Shown here: piece by piece, positions 1-12,050 of the stretch
Layout: every line of letters starts with the position of its first letter
How positions within the stretch are numbered: position 1 is the first letter of the stretch
Assembly (NCBI GenBank): GCA_964036045.1
Contig: OZ038379.1
Location: 30,318,001 to 30,382,000 of the forward strand
Source: Eutreptiella sp. 'Long Island Sound 2002'
Taxonomy: Eukaryota; Protista; Euglenida
Length of the DNA: 64,000 bases
Reading direction: 5' to 3'
Notes under the pieces: model-generated
What the model saw: only the letters and a program-made list of their open reading frames with translations
Told to the model about the DNA's origin: nothing
The model's database searches: none
Position numbers and translations under genes: made by a program

Positions 1-3000
1 TGGGGCTGCGCAGGGGCGCAGCGTGGGGCCGCGTATGGGCGCGGCATGGGGCCGTGCAGGGGCGCGGCAGCGTGGGTCTGCGCAGGTGCGCAGCGTTGGG
101 CGGCGCAGGGGCACAGCAGCGTGGGGCTGTGCAGGGGCGCATCGCGGGGCTGCGGAGGGGCGCAGCTGCGTGGGGCTGCGCAGGGGCACAGCTGCGTGGG
201 GCCGGGCAGGGGCGCAGCGTGGGGCTGGGCAGGGGCGCAGTGTGGGGATTCACAGAGGCGCAGCAGCGTGGGGCTGCGCAGGGGCGTGGGGTTGCGCAGG
301 GGAGCAGCAGTGTGGGGTTGCGCAGGGGCGCAGCGTGGGGCTGGGCAGGGGCGCAGCGTGGGGCTGCGCAGGGGCTCAGCAATGAGGGGCTGCGCAGGGG
401 CGTGGGGCTGCGTAGGGGCGCAGCAGCGTGGGGCTGCGCCGGGGCGCGGCATGGGGACGTGCAGGGGCGCAGCAGCGTGGGGCTGCGCAGGGGTGCAGCG
501 TGGGGCTGTGTAGGGGGGCAGCGTGTAGCTGCGTAGGGGCGCAGCGTGGGGTTGCGCAGGGGCGCAGCACTGTGGGGCGGCGCAGGGGCGCAGCAGTGTG
601 GGGCTGGGCAGGGTCGCAGCGTGGGGCTGGGTAGGGGCGCAGTAGTGTCGGGTTGCGGAGGGGCGCAGCGTGGGGCTGCGCAGGGGCGCAGCAGCGTGGG
701 GCTGCGCAGGGGCGCAGCGCGGGGCTGCGCCGGCGCGCGGCATGGGGCCGTGCAGGGTCGTAGTAGCGTGGTGCTGCGCAGGGGCGCAGCGTGGGGCGGC
801 GCAGGGGCGCAGCAGCTCGGGGCTGTGCAGGGGCGCAGCTGCGTGGGGCCGGGCAGGGGCGCAGCGTGGGGCGGGGAAGGGGCGTAGTGTGGGGCTGCGC
901 AGGGGCGTGGGGCTGCGCAGGGGCAGGGGGCTGCGCAGGGGGGCAACAGCGTGGGGCTGGGCAGCGGCGCAGCGTGGGGCTGGGCACGGGCGTAGCGTGC
1001 GGCTGCGCAGGGGCGTGGGGCTGCGCAAGGGCGCAGCGTGGGGCTGCGTAGGGGCGAAGCAGCATGGGGCTGCGCAGGGGCGCAGCGTGGGGCTGCGCGG
1101 GGGCGCGGCATGGGGCCGTGCGGGGCTGCGCACGGGCGCAGCAGCGTGGGGCTGCGCAGGGGCCTGGGGCTGCGCAAAGGTGCTGCGTGGGGCTGCGTAT
1201 GGGCGCGGCAGCCTGGGGCTGCACGGGGGCGCAGCAACCCGGGGCTGCGCAGGGGCGCAGCAGCGTGGGGCTGCGCTGGAGCGCATCGTGGGGCTTCGCA
1301 GGGGCGCAGCAGCGTGGGGCTGCGTAGGGGCGAAGCATCGCGGGGCTGCGCAGGGGCGCAGCGTGGGGCTGCGCTTGGGTTGTACGCTGCGCAAAGGTGT
1401 TGTATGGGGCTGTGCAGGGGCGCAGCGTGGGGCTGCGTAGGGGCGTGGCGTAAGGCCTCGCAGGGGCGCAGCAGCGTGGGGCCGCGCAGGGGCGTAGCAG
1501 CGTGGGGCTGTGCAGGGGCGCAGCAGCGTGGGGCTGCGAAGGGGCGCAGCGCGGGGCTGCGCAGGGGTGCAGCGTTGGGCTGCGCAGGGGCGCAACGTGG
1601 GGCTGTGCAGGGTCGTGGGGCTGCGTAGAGGTGCTGCGTGGGGCCGCGGGGGGGCGCAGCGTGGGGCTGGGCAGGGGCGCAGTGTGGGGATTCGCAAGGG
1701 CGAAGCAGCGTGGGGCTGCGCAGGGGCATGGGGCTGCGCAGGGGAGCAGCAGTGTGGGGCTGCGCAGGGGCGCAGCGTGGGGCTGGGCAGGGGCGCAGCG
1801 TGGGGCTGCGCAGGAGCTCAGCAATGAGGGGCTGCGCAGGAGGGTCGGGTTGCGCAGGGGCGCAGCGTGGGGCTGCGTAGGGGCGCAGCAGCGCGGGGCT
1901 TCGCATGGGCGCAGCGTGGGGCTGCGCAAGGGCGCAGCGTGGGGCGGCGCAGGGGCGCAGCAGCGTGGGGCTGCGCCGGGGCGCGGCATGGGGCCGTGCA
2001 GGGGCGCAGCAGCGTGGGCTGCGCAGGGGCCTGGGGCTGCGCAAAGGTGCTGCGTGGGGCTGCGTATGGGCGCGGCGCGGAGCTGCGTAGGGGCGCAGCA
2101 GCCTGGGGCCGCGCTGGGGCGCAGCAGCGTGGGGCTGCGCAGGGGCGTGGGGCTGTGTATATGTGCTGCGTGGGGCCGCGTATGGGCGCGGCGCGAGGCC
2201 GCGCAGCGCCGCAGCAGCGTGGGGCTGCGCAGGGGCGCAGTAGCCTGGGGCCGCGCAGCGGCGCAGCGCGGGGCTGCGCAGGGGCGCAGCAGCGTGGGGC
2301 TGCACGGGGGCGCAGCAACCCGGGGCTGCGCAGGGGCGCAGCAGCGTGGGGCTGCGTAGGGGCGCATCAGCGCGGGGCTGCGCAGGGGCGCAGCGTGGGG
2401 GCTGCGCGTGGGTTATACGCTGCGCAAAGGTGTTGTATGGGGCTGTGCAGGGGCGCAGTGTGGGGCTCCGTAGGGGCGCAGCGTGGGGCCGCGCAGGGGC
2501 GCAACAGCGTGGGGCTGTGCAGGGGCACAACAGCGTGGGGCTGCCCGGGGGCGCAGCAGCATGGGGCTGCGCAGGGGCGCAGCGCGGGGCTGCGCAGGGG
2601 TGCAGCGTTGGGCTGAGCGCGGGGCTGCGCAGGGGCGCAGCAGCGTGGGGCTCTGTAGGGGCGTGGGGCTGCGTAGAGGTGCTACGCGGGGCTGCGGGGG
2701 GGCTTGGGGCTGCGCAGGAGCGTAGCATGGGACCGTGTATTGGCGCAGCGCGGAGCTGCCCAGGGGCGCAGCAGCGTGGGGCTTCGGAGGGGCGCAGCAG
2801 CGTGGGGCTGCGCAGGGGCGCTGCAGCTTGGGGCCGCGCTGGTGCGCAGCGTGGGGCTGCGCAGGGGGGCAGCAGCGTGGGGCTGCGCAGGGGCGCATCA
2901 TGGGGCCGCGAATGGGCACGGCGCGGAGCTGCGCAGGGGCGCAGCAGCGTGGGGCTGCGCAGGGGCGCAGCATGGGGCCGCGTATGGGCGCGGCGCGGGG

Positions 3001-3832
3001 CTGCGTAGGGGGGCAGCAGCGTGGGGCTGCGCAGGGGCGCATCATGGGGCCGCGAATGGGCACGGCGCGGAGCTGCGCAGGGGCGCAGCAGCGTGGGGCT
3101 GCGCAGGGGCGCAGCAGCCTCGGGCCGCGCAGGGGCGCGGCCCGGGGCTGCGCAGGGTCGCAGGGTGGGGCTGCGCAGGGGCGCACCGTGGGGCTGCGCA
3201 GGGGCGCAGCATGGGGCCGCGTATGGGCGCGGCGCGGGGCTGCGCAGGGTCGCAGGGTGGGGCTGTGCAGGGGCGCACCGTGGGGCTGCGCAGGGGCGCA
3301 GCATGGGGCCGCGTATGGGCGCGGCGCGGGGCCCCGTAGGGGCGCAGCAGCGTGGGGCTCCGCAGGGGCGCAGCAACGTGGTGCTGCGTAGGGGCGCAAC
3401 AGCGCGGGGCTGCGCAGGGGCGCAGCGTGGGGCTGCGCTTGGGCGCAGTGTGGGGCTGCACAGGGGCGCAGCAGCGTGGGGCTGCGCAAAGGTGTTGTAT
3501 GGGGCTGCGTAGGGGCGCAGCGTGGGGCTGCGTAGGGGCGCAGCAGCGTGGGGCCGCGCAGGGGCGCAGCAGCGTGGGGCTGTGCAGGGGCGCAGCAGCG
3601 TGGGGCTGCGCAGGGGCACAGTAGTGTGGGCTGCGCAGGGGCGCAGTAACGTGGGGCTGCGCAGGGGCGCAGCAGCGAGGGCTGTGCAGGGGCGCAGCAG
3701 CATGGGGCTGCGCGGGGGCGCACCAGCGTGGGGCTGCGCAGGGGCGCAGCTTGGGGCTGCGCATGGGCGCAGCAACATGGGGCTGTGCAGGGGCGCAGCC
3801 GCGTGGGGCTGCGCAGGGGCACAGCAGCGTGG
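1..3832. repeat. G-rich satellite of alternating GGGGCTGCGCA / GGGGCGCAGC(AGC)GT subunits, running off the window start
   Basis: Continuous degenerate repetition of these two 11-15 nt subunits. Higher-order duplications are visible (ctcagcaatgaggg at 375 and 1817; atcatggggccgcgaatggg at 2897 and 3041). Confidence 0.97.
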
Positions 3833-6253
3833 AGTGTTGGTGGCTGTTGGGTGTGGCGTCAGGTGAGTGGGAGGACGGAGGGGGGCGTGTGACGGGGGTG
3901 TGAGCCGGGGGTGGCGCGGGGCGGGTGGGAGGGGGGTAGGAAAAAGCCGAGGCAAGCGCTCGAGGCCCGTAGGCTGCGGCATGCAGAGCGAACAGTGCTA
4001 CCGGCAGTGGCGCAAAGTAAGAAGGGGGGGGCGGGGGCTGGGGGGCCTGGCGTGGGTGGGGGCTGTCGGTGGGCGTGGTGTTCGTCGCGCGGTGGTGACG
4101 GTCGGGGTTGAGGGATGGGGGGTGCGTTTGGCGAGGGGAGGGGTGCGGCGGCGCCGTCCGGCGTGCGGTGCCCGGTGCGGCGTGTCAGGGGTGCGGGGCG
4201 AGGGTGCTCGACAGACGTCGGTCTAGAGCTGGGCCCCAGGGGAGTGGTGGTGTGTTGCGGTGGTGGGTGAGTCCTGCTACCGGCGTCCTACTACGAGGAA
4301 GTGATGAGGATGTAGACTGCATGGGAACTGAGGCCGGAGAGCCTGGGGCGGGGGTATGGGGCGCTGGCGGCGGGTTATCCCCGGCTGGGATGGCCGGGGT
4401 GCCCTGGGGTCCCGTGGGGGCGGAGGCTCCCCACGTCGGCCGGTTGCGAAACCACGACCTGTTTTTCCGTCACCGAAGTTCTTAGGTTTCTGCCCCAGGA
4501 ACTTACCCGCCGCGGGGACTGTGGGCCGGGACGGCCAAGGGGGATGACCATGAAGAGGAAGCGGGGGGCCAGGATGAGCCTGGCGGTCGGCACCTTCCCT
4601 CGGCCTGGGGGAGGCCGTTGCCCGGGGCTATTACCTCCTTCCTGCTGCCGTGGTGCGGTAGTGGGTGGTGGTGTGGTACCCCCCAACGGGTGTCTGTGCC
4701 CGGTGCTGTGGGTACAGACCCCCGTTGGGGGCGGGTACGAAGCGCCCGGTCGCCTCGCCCCCCCTGCACAACAGCCCGCCAGGCGCCTCTAGGCCTTTAG
4801 CGCCAGCTGGTGTGGGGGGGGTGCGCTTGGGGCAGTGCGGGGCCCCTCCGCACTCCTGGCGGCCCGCACTGCCTGTATAACGAAACAAGGGCGACGCGGG
4901 CTCGAACCGCACGTGCGGGCCGCGCCGCCCCAGCCGGGGTGGGGGACAGGGGGGGGGACTGGGGGTCGAGTCAGCTGGGACCGCTCACCGGCGGGCTCCA
5001 CAACCCTCCACGCTTGAGTCACAGTGTAAGGGGTTCTTGGGGCCCCGCCCAGGGTCCTTGGGTCCCCACCCAAGGTTCTGGGGGCCCGACCCAGGGGCCG
5101 TCGCCCCCCCCCGTTCGGTCACTGTGTGCGGGGCGAGGGCAAGGGAGGAGTGGGCGGGAGGGCAAAGGCCACTCGCGGCCATGACACATGGTGCATGGGG
5201 AGGGAGGTATGACTCATGTAACGCCATGATGCACGCAGCAGGGGGAAGGGGGGGCAAGGCCTGGACCCCCACCGCGTCTGGGGGGTCCCCTTGTCAGCCA
5301 GGCGTCCGCCCGTCGGCGGCTGCGATAGCTCACCTCGGTGGCGTCGGTAACCTGAGAAAGGAGGTGCGGGGAAGTGGAGGGGCGGCGGGGGTGTGGTGCG
5401 CACGTGGGGGGGGGGGCTGTGGGCTGGTGGGTGGGCGCGTGCGTGGGGGGGTGGGGATGAGGTGAGCTCAGCCGCGAGCGTCACCGTGTTGCTGACCGGG
5501 GCAGAGGAGCGGCCGGGGCTGGCCAAAGTCGGCCGGGGAGCCCGGGGCGCTCGTGGTGCTGGGGGCCGCGGTCAGCGGTGGGGCCCGCACCCCGCTCGGC
5601 GGGGACGAATCCCGCCGAGCACCATCCACGGGGGCGAGCCCTGGTGGAGGCGGGGGGAGTGCCGCACCGTCCCCTCGCGGCCGAACCGGACCGGGACGGG
5701 CCCCGCCGGATGGATACCGGGGGGGCGGGCGGGGCTGGGCACCGGGGCTCTAGGGCCCGGGTCCCTGGCGGTCGTGGGCCGGCGCGGGGGAGACCGAGCG
5801 GGCCCCTGGGCTGCGGCTGGTGAGGGGGGGCGTGGAAGGGCCCGGCGGGCTAGGGGGCGAACCCCGAGAGGCCCTCGGGGGCTGGGCGAGGGCTCCCGAG
5901 GGCGGCCGTTCCTTGGGAGGGGGGGGAGGGGTGGCTCCCTGCCCGGGGAACGACGGGGGCCCCTCTTGAGCGAGGGGGGGGGGGTGGGCGTGTATTGCCT
6001 AGTGTAGGGCCATGTCTATTCATGGCCACGCGGCATGGGACTATATCCCCAACCCTCCGCGCCGGAGTCCCTTTGTGGGGGGGTCGTGAGGGGGGGGGGG
6101 GGGGGTTGGCGGTTGTCGTGTGCACCCTCCCTCGTGGGGGGGGGGGTTGCCGGTGGGAGCCTCGACCGGCATGGCCGTAAAAACCCGGTGGCGTCCCCTG
6201 GGCTCGTGGGCCCCTTCGAGGAAGAACCTCGGATTCTCGGGGGGGACTCCGCT

Positions 6254-6650
6254 ATATAGTATAGTATAGTATAGTATAGTATAGTATAGTATAGTATAGT
6301 ATAGTATAGTATAGTATAGTATAGTATAGTATAGTATAGTATAGTATAGTATAGTATAGTATAGTATAGTATAGTATAGTATAGTATAGTATAGTATAGT
6401 ATAGTATAGTATAGTATAGTATAGTATAGTATAGTATAGTATAGTATAGTATAGTATAGTATAGTATAGTATAGTATAGTATAGTATAGTATAGTGTAGT
6501 ATAGTATAGTATAGTATAGTATAGTATAGTATAGTATAGTATAGTATAGTATAGTATAGTATAGTATACTATAGTATAGTATAGTATAGTATAGTATAGT
6601 ATAGTATAGTATAGTATAGTATAGTATAGTATAGTAGAGTAGAGTAGAGT
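6254..6650. repeat. (ATAGT)n pentanucleotide microsatellite, ~76 units plus 3 terminal AGAGT variants
   Basis: Directly visible; only isolated variant units (gtagt near 6496, atact near 6569). Confidence 0.99.
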
Positions 6651-7084
6651 ATACATGTGGTGCGACCTTGGATCGCCGCGGCCCTGTTTGGCCCCTATCA
6701 TTTCACCTATGGCAGGTCCTTTTTTTCTGGGCATTGCTCATGGGTGAGTCTGATGATGACCTGATTCATCCCGGCATTTGCGTAGTGGTACATGGGTGCT
6801 TGGCCTTGGGTGGGGAATAGGCTTCTTCATAAGCTGCATATCTACATGTCTACAAAGACCCTGCGGCATAGTGCTGGCCATACTTCCCTCCACATGATGC
6901 TTCCACACCTTCATTCACATGCACTCTACCATGCAGGATGCCTGCACTCATGTGCACTCATCTGCACTCATGTGCACGCCGCCATACGTGTCATGCCTGC
7001 CTGCTGCCATCCACACGATGCCTGCATGCCGTCGTTCCTTGTCTTGCAGGAATTGTCTGCACACCACTTGTGCCTCATGATGTG

Positions 7085-7552
7085 ATGGTGGCCCACCTGC
7101 CATCGGATGTGCTGCTGCAACTCAGCCTGTGTCTTGGTGCCGTCGACCTCTGCACCCTGTCCCTTGTATGCCTTGCTCTCTACCATGCAGTCACCAGTCC
7201 CCACTTGGCACTGCATTGGCAGCATCTACTGAGCAGTGCAGCCCTACCACTCCCGCACTCGCGCTCTGCAGCCGCCTGCTGTGCCGCGTACGCCCGCAGC
7301 TGTTTGCCCAGGTGCCCCATCCCGCTCCTGACAGAGCGCAAGTATGCAAAGATTCGAGGGGGCAAACCCGTAGCCGCCACCGGCGACGTTGTTGCAGTGT
7401 GTGCAGGGGATGGGACGCATGATGTACGCATTGCCCGATGGATGGGCCAGGATTACAGTCTGCAAGCCACCATCACTGTCCTTGATGGATCGACACAGGT
7501 GTTGCCTGCCAAGTGTAAATGTGCTATCCTTGTGCCTGCATGTGCCATTTAG
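7085..7552 (+). pseudogene. F-box domain gene fragment, possibly followed by beta-propeller-like sequence
   Basis: MVAHLPSDVLLQLSLCLGAVDLCTLSLVCLALYHAV fits the F-box pattern LPxE/DVL..I...L...DL..LS.VC. Downstream VAATGDVVAVCAGDGTHDVRI is WD40-like. No complete gene could be traced. Confidence 0.55.
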
Positions 7553-7720
7553 CAATCAACATCTAGTCACGCACACGCATTGCTTGTCTGCACATCAGCA
7601 GTGTGCAGTAGCACTGTACGAGTACTTGTGTGTACTGTGGCATGTTGCATGTGGTGTGTGCTGTCTACTGTTGTTTGCAGTGGCTTGTCACACTGCACTG
7701 GTGCAGGGGTGCTTGGCACA

Positions 7721-8155
7721 GAGGTACGGGGGGGGGTACGGGGGGGGGGTACGGGGGGGAGGTAGGGCGGGGGGGTACGGGGGGAGGGGGTATGGGGGGG
7801 CGACGTCTTGCCGACTATCGTTGTTCCACAGGGTTTCCACCTTGTTGGTATCCAATGCTAATCCAAAAATCAAAATCCAGAAGGGTCCGCCCTATACTCT
7901 CACGGCAGTCTTTGTGCGACTGAAACTGCTGAATACATGTACCAAGCGGCAGGAGCCGCAGTCACCAAGGGCCCACTCCAGATCATAGCCAGGGTCACCG
8001 GTCTACAACAATTATACTCGGCACAAAACGAGTATTCCTTCCCTGTGGCATTGTACTGGTGTTTGGAGGATGCTGATGGTGCTCACATTGGTCCCCCCCG
8101 TACCCCCCCGTACCCTCCCGCCCGTACCCCCCCCCCCCCCCGTACCCCGCCTCCT
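7721..8155. repeat. Inverted pair of (GTAC + G/C-run) blocks flanking ~300 bp (MITE/foldback-like)
   Basis: G-rich block gaggtacgggggg... at 7721-7800 faces C-rich block ...gtacccccc...cgcctc at ~8095-8155. Related blocks occur at ~10955-11130, ~14935-15020 and 15052-15066. Confidence 0.55.
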
Positions 8156-10924
8156 CGCCGCCCTGCGGTCCTCCTTCCCTGTGGATGAGGCGCCCCCGGG
8201 TGACCTGCTGGGGGACGGTGAAGGTCCCGAGCCCCAGGCTGGTGATCTCAACCGGGGCCTGGAGCTTGACGCTGATGAGGACGACGAGTACCTCCTCACC
8301 TAGTCGCCCCCCCCCCCCATCCCTCTCCCTCCAGCCCCCCCCCCCGCCCCCGGGCAGGGGGGGGGGCGTCGGCTCAGCTCGCGGCCGGGCACCCCTCCTG
8401 CCCAGGGATCTCGGGTGCTGCGCACAACCCCGGGGCCACCCAGCCGCCAGGACCCGCAGGGCAGCGTCACTCCGGCGGGCCATGACCTGGCCCCCCTGGG
8501 CGGCAGCGCGCCCCCCCACGCCGCCCTACACTCTGCCTTGACCGGCATGCCGCGCCCCGACCCGCCCGCCCGGCGGACCTCAGGGGGCCCTGACCTCGCC
8601 TCATGTGGCAGGCGGGGCGCGCAGCGTATAAGGGCGCCCAGCGAGCACCATTGCCTGGCCCTCCTTGACCACTCCAACTCGGCACTCGGCTGGCCCAGTC
8701 TGAGCGGGCACAAGGGCGCGTCATCATCCCCGCCGCGGGCCAACGGCGGCGCCCACGCGCGTACATGGCGTGCAGTTTCCGTATCGCAGCGATTGACCAG
8801 TCCAGTGCCCGCTCTGCTTGCTTGCGACTTCTGCCACTGCCCATACCTCCGAGGAACGAGCACAGGGGGGGCGCAGCGACCCGCAGGGGCGGCGGAGGGT
8901 GAATGGGGAGGGGGTTCGGGTAGGCGGGACCGCCACGGCGCGGGCAGCGCCCTGGTCAGTGAAAGCAGCAGCCTCCGGCTCCCAACCCCCCCCCCAGGGC
9001 AGCAAGTGCCACCCTACAGCTCAACACGCGACTCTAGTCAGGTACAGTGCCACAGGGAGGAAGGGACCTGGCCCACAACCCCGGCCATAGAGCACACGGA
9101 CAACAAACACAGATAACATTGATTGGTACACAGCACAACAGGCGCACACGACCGCGGGGCAGGCGTGGTGGAGCAAAGTGCGGTGCAGCGAAGCTGACTT
9201 AGGAGGCCACAGGGTCGCCCTCTCCCCCCCAAGATAGCGGACCCGGCCCGGCGCGGCCTAACGCCGGGCCTAGGGGCACGGCCACCTTGGAGGGATGTTC
9301 GGGCAAGGCGCGACCACAGTCGTGGACCCGGTCTTGCTTGCACGGTAACCCCCCCCTCCCCCTACAAGTGGGTACGGCGTCGCCCTCTCGCTCCGCACAG
9401 CGAATACAGCTAGCAAAATGACGCGGCGCAACGTCGCGTACCCCCTGTACCGCGCCCTCCCGCCGCCGTCCGCGTACCGGATGGGCCGTCGCGGGCCGCA
9501 GCCGGTTTCCCGCAGCCGGTTTCCCGCAGCCGCCTGCGGACCTGGGCGCAATTGACGCGCCGCTGGATGGCGCGGAGCGACCCGGCGCCGGCCCTCCGCC
9601 TCCGGCTCACCCATGTAAGCTTCGCGCTGCCCCCCCCACCACCCGCGCACGGAGGGACCCCTCCGCGGGCGTCAGCTGCGTGCTCCACGCCCTCGAGGGG
9701 CCGTTCCCCCGCCTCCTCAGCCTGGAGGACATCCTCATGGGGTGCTTCCTCCACTGGACGGCCACCGGCGCACACCCAGATGGGGGCTGTCGGCCCTGCA
9801 GCGCGTTCCCCAGGGCCTGGCAGTGTCGGGTTCCACGCTCCCTAAGGCCCTTGGCCTGCGGTACGGCGCGGCGGCTCCGCTCTGGCGGTCCCCCCGCCTC
9901 TTTTGGAGGGAGGGCGTGCAGCCCTCCCAGGTCGCCCCCGTGCTGGCGCCCCTTTGGGACCTGGGTCCCCTCCCCATCCGCCGCGCCGGAGCCCCCGCGC
10001 CGCAGGCCTGGGCCAGCGCTCCTTAGCGCCGGGTGCTCCTGGTCGAGGGTCAAGACGACAAGGCAGAGGGCTGCGGGGGCCATTGGGTGGGTGTCACCCA
10101 CGGCGGCACCGTCAGGTGCCTCATCCGGGGCGACAGGCCCCTCACCGCACCCCAAGACCCGCTCGCGGCCGCCTGCACGGTGTTGGCCTCCATCCCGCGG
10201 GTGTACGCCGTGTGGTATGCGGTGACGCCCAGTCCGGGGGTGCCCTGGCAGCCCTCCCAGCACCGGTACCCCCGCGCAGGGGACGACTCCCACCCCCGGG
10301 CGTTGCTCGCGGTCCGCGCACTCGTTGAGGCGTGCACGTCCTGTTCCGCATGCCTTAACCCAGGTGTGCAGGCACCAGGCGGCCGTTCCGCTGGGGCCAC
10401 CGTAGCCCTCCCCCCTCCCCCCCTCTCGCCCCCCCTGCCCTATGTGTTGTGGTGCATAGGGGACGAAAACCCCGACACTCCCCCCGAAGCGGCGATTTCG
10501 CAGCACTTCCATAGCCCCTCAATTGGTAACGGGGCGGGGGTCGGCCGGAGTGGCGCGACGCCCACCGCAACCTCCACCCTATGCTGGCATGCACATGGGT
10601 GGAGAGTGTCCCTCCACCCTGAGCTGAAGGCACAAGGTGGTGGCCGTGCCCCCCACTCTCGGCAGCCGTGCATGGGGCTTCGCTAAGGCCTCCGCACCCC
10701 CCCCCCTGCCCCCCCCCCCAAACAGGATGCGCGTGTCTCCCTCCCCCCTCCCTCCTCCTCCCCCAACCCGCGGCACGGCGACAGGCCTGCCCCCCCCCCC
10801 CCCCCGGCCCGCAGACGCGGCCGGGTGTGCGCTGCATGCATGGCCGGCGGATATGCAGAGTCGTCGAGACAGCCATCGAGCGCCCCCCAGGCAGCCTATG
10901 AGCCTCAAGATCGGCCCTCAAATG

Positions 10925-10954
10925 AAATCAAATCAAATCAAATCAAATCAAATC
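10925..10954 (+). repeat. (AAATC)6 tract, possible 3' tail of a non-LTR retroelement remnant upstream (~9.3-10.9 kb)
   Basis: Six perfect AAATC units. Short-repeat tails are established for several LINE clades, but the upstream coding identity is not resolved. Confidence 0.6.
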
Positions 10955-11294
10955 CCCCCCGGTACCCCCCCGCACCCTCCCCCCCTACCCCTCCCCCGTA
11001 CCCTCCCCCCCCGTACCCCCGTTGTACCCTCCCCTCCGTACCCCCTCCCACAACCCCCCGTCTCCTCCCCCCCGTACCCCCCCCGGGTAACCTCCCCCCC
11101 GCACCCTTCCCCGCTAACCCCCCCCCCCCGAACCCCCACCATAGCCCTGCGTCCCAACCCCTTGACACCACCCTAGCGCCAGGATGTAGTGGTGTGTACC
11201 GCCTTGCTTGTGGCCCCATAAATAACAAGACTCCTGCGGTGGCTACACACCGCCTTTTGTGTGCACCGCCTTGTGTGTGTACGAAAAAATATGT

Positions 11295-12050
11295 GGCAGA
11301 ATTAGAAATGGCCCAAAAGTGGGCAAGGTGGCTACATAACCCCAGCTGCTCCAGAGGTCCCCATTGCTTCAGAGCGGGGGGCAGCATCAGAAGTGGCGCA
11401 CAACTGGGCAAGGTGGCTACATAACCCCTGCCGCCTGGGGCTCCCCACCGCTTCATATCCGGGGGCAGAATCAGAGGTGGCCCACAAGTGGGCAAGGTCG
11501 CTACATAACCCCTGCCGTCTGGGGGGTCCCCACTGCTTCAGAGCGGGGGGCAGAATCAGATGTGGCCCATAAGTGGGCAAAGAGGCTACATAACCCCTGT
11601 CGCGTGGGGGTCCCCACCGCTTCAGAGCGGAGGACAACATCAGAAGTGGCCCACAAGTGGGCAAGGTGGCTACATAGCCTCTCCCGCCTCGGGCGTCCCC
11701 AACGCTTCAGAGCGGGTGGCAGAATCAGAGGTGGCCCACAAGTGGGCAAGGTGGCTACATAACCGCTGCCGCCTCGGGGCTCCCCAACGCTTCAAAGCGG
11801 GGGGCACAATCAGAGGTGGCCCACAAGTGGGCAAACTGGCTACATAACCCCTGCCGCCTGGGGGCCTCCCACCGCTTCAGAGCGGGGGGCACAATCAGAG
11901 GTGGCCCATGAGTGGGCAAGATGGCTACATAACGCCTGCCGCCTTGGGGGTTCCCACCGCTTCAGAACGGGGGGCAGAATCAGAAATGGCCCACAAGTGG
12001 GCAAGTTGGCTACATAACCCCTGCCTCTTGGGGGGTCCCCACCGCTTCAG
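11295..12050. repeat. 85-bp tandem repeat array, left part (~9 units)
   Basis: gggcaa anchor recurs at 11321, 11406, 11490, 11575, 11659, 11744, 11829, 11914 and 11999. Confidence 0.97.

Noticed and set aside
23-3866. Long ORFs up to 663 aa in the first 3.8 kb
   Set aside because: Translations of a stop-poor satellite in all frames; no domain content.
3833-6250. Protein-coding gene in the GC-rich block
   Set aside because: Overlapping Gly/Pro/Arg-rich ORFs in all frames with no recognisable motif.
6252-6734. YYTIL-repeat ORF
   Set aside because: Antisense reading of (ATAGT)n.
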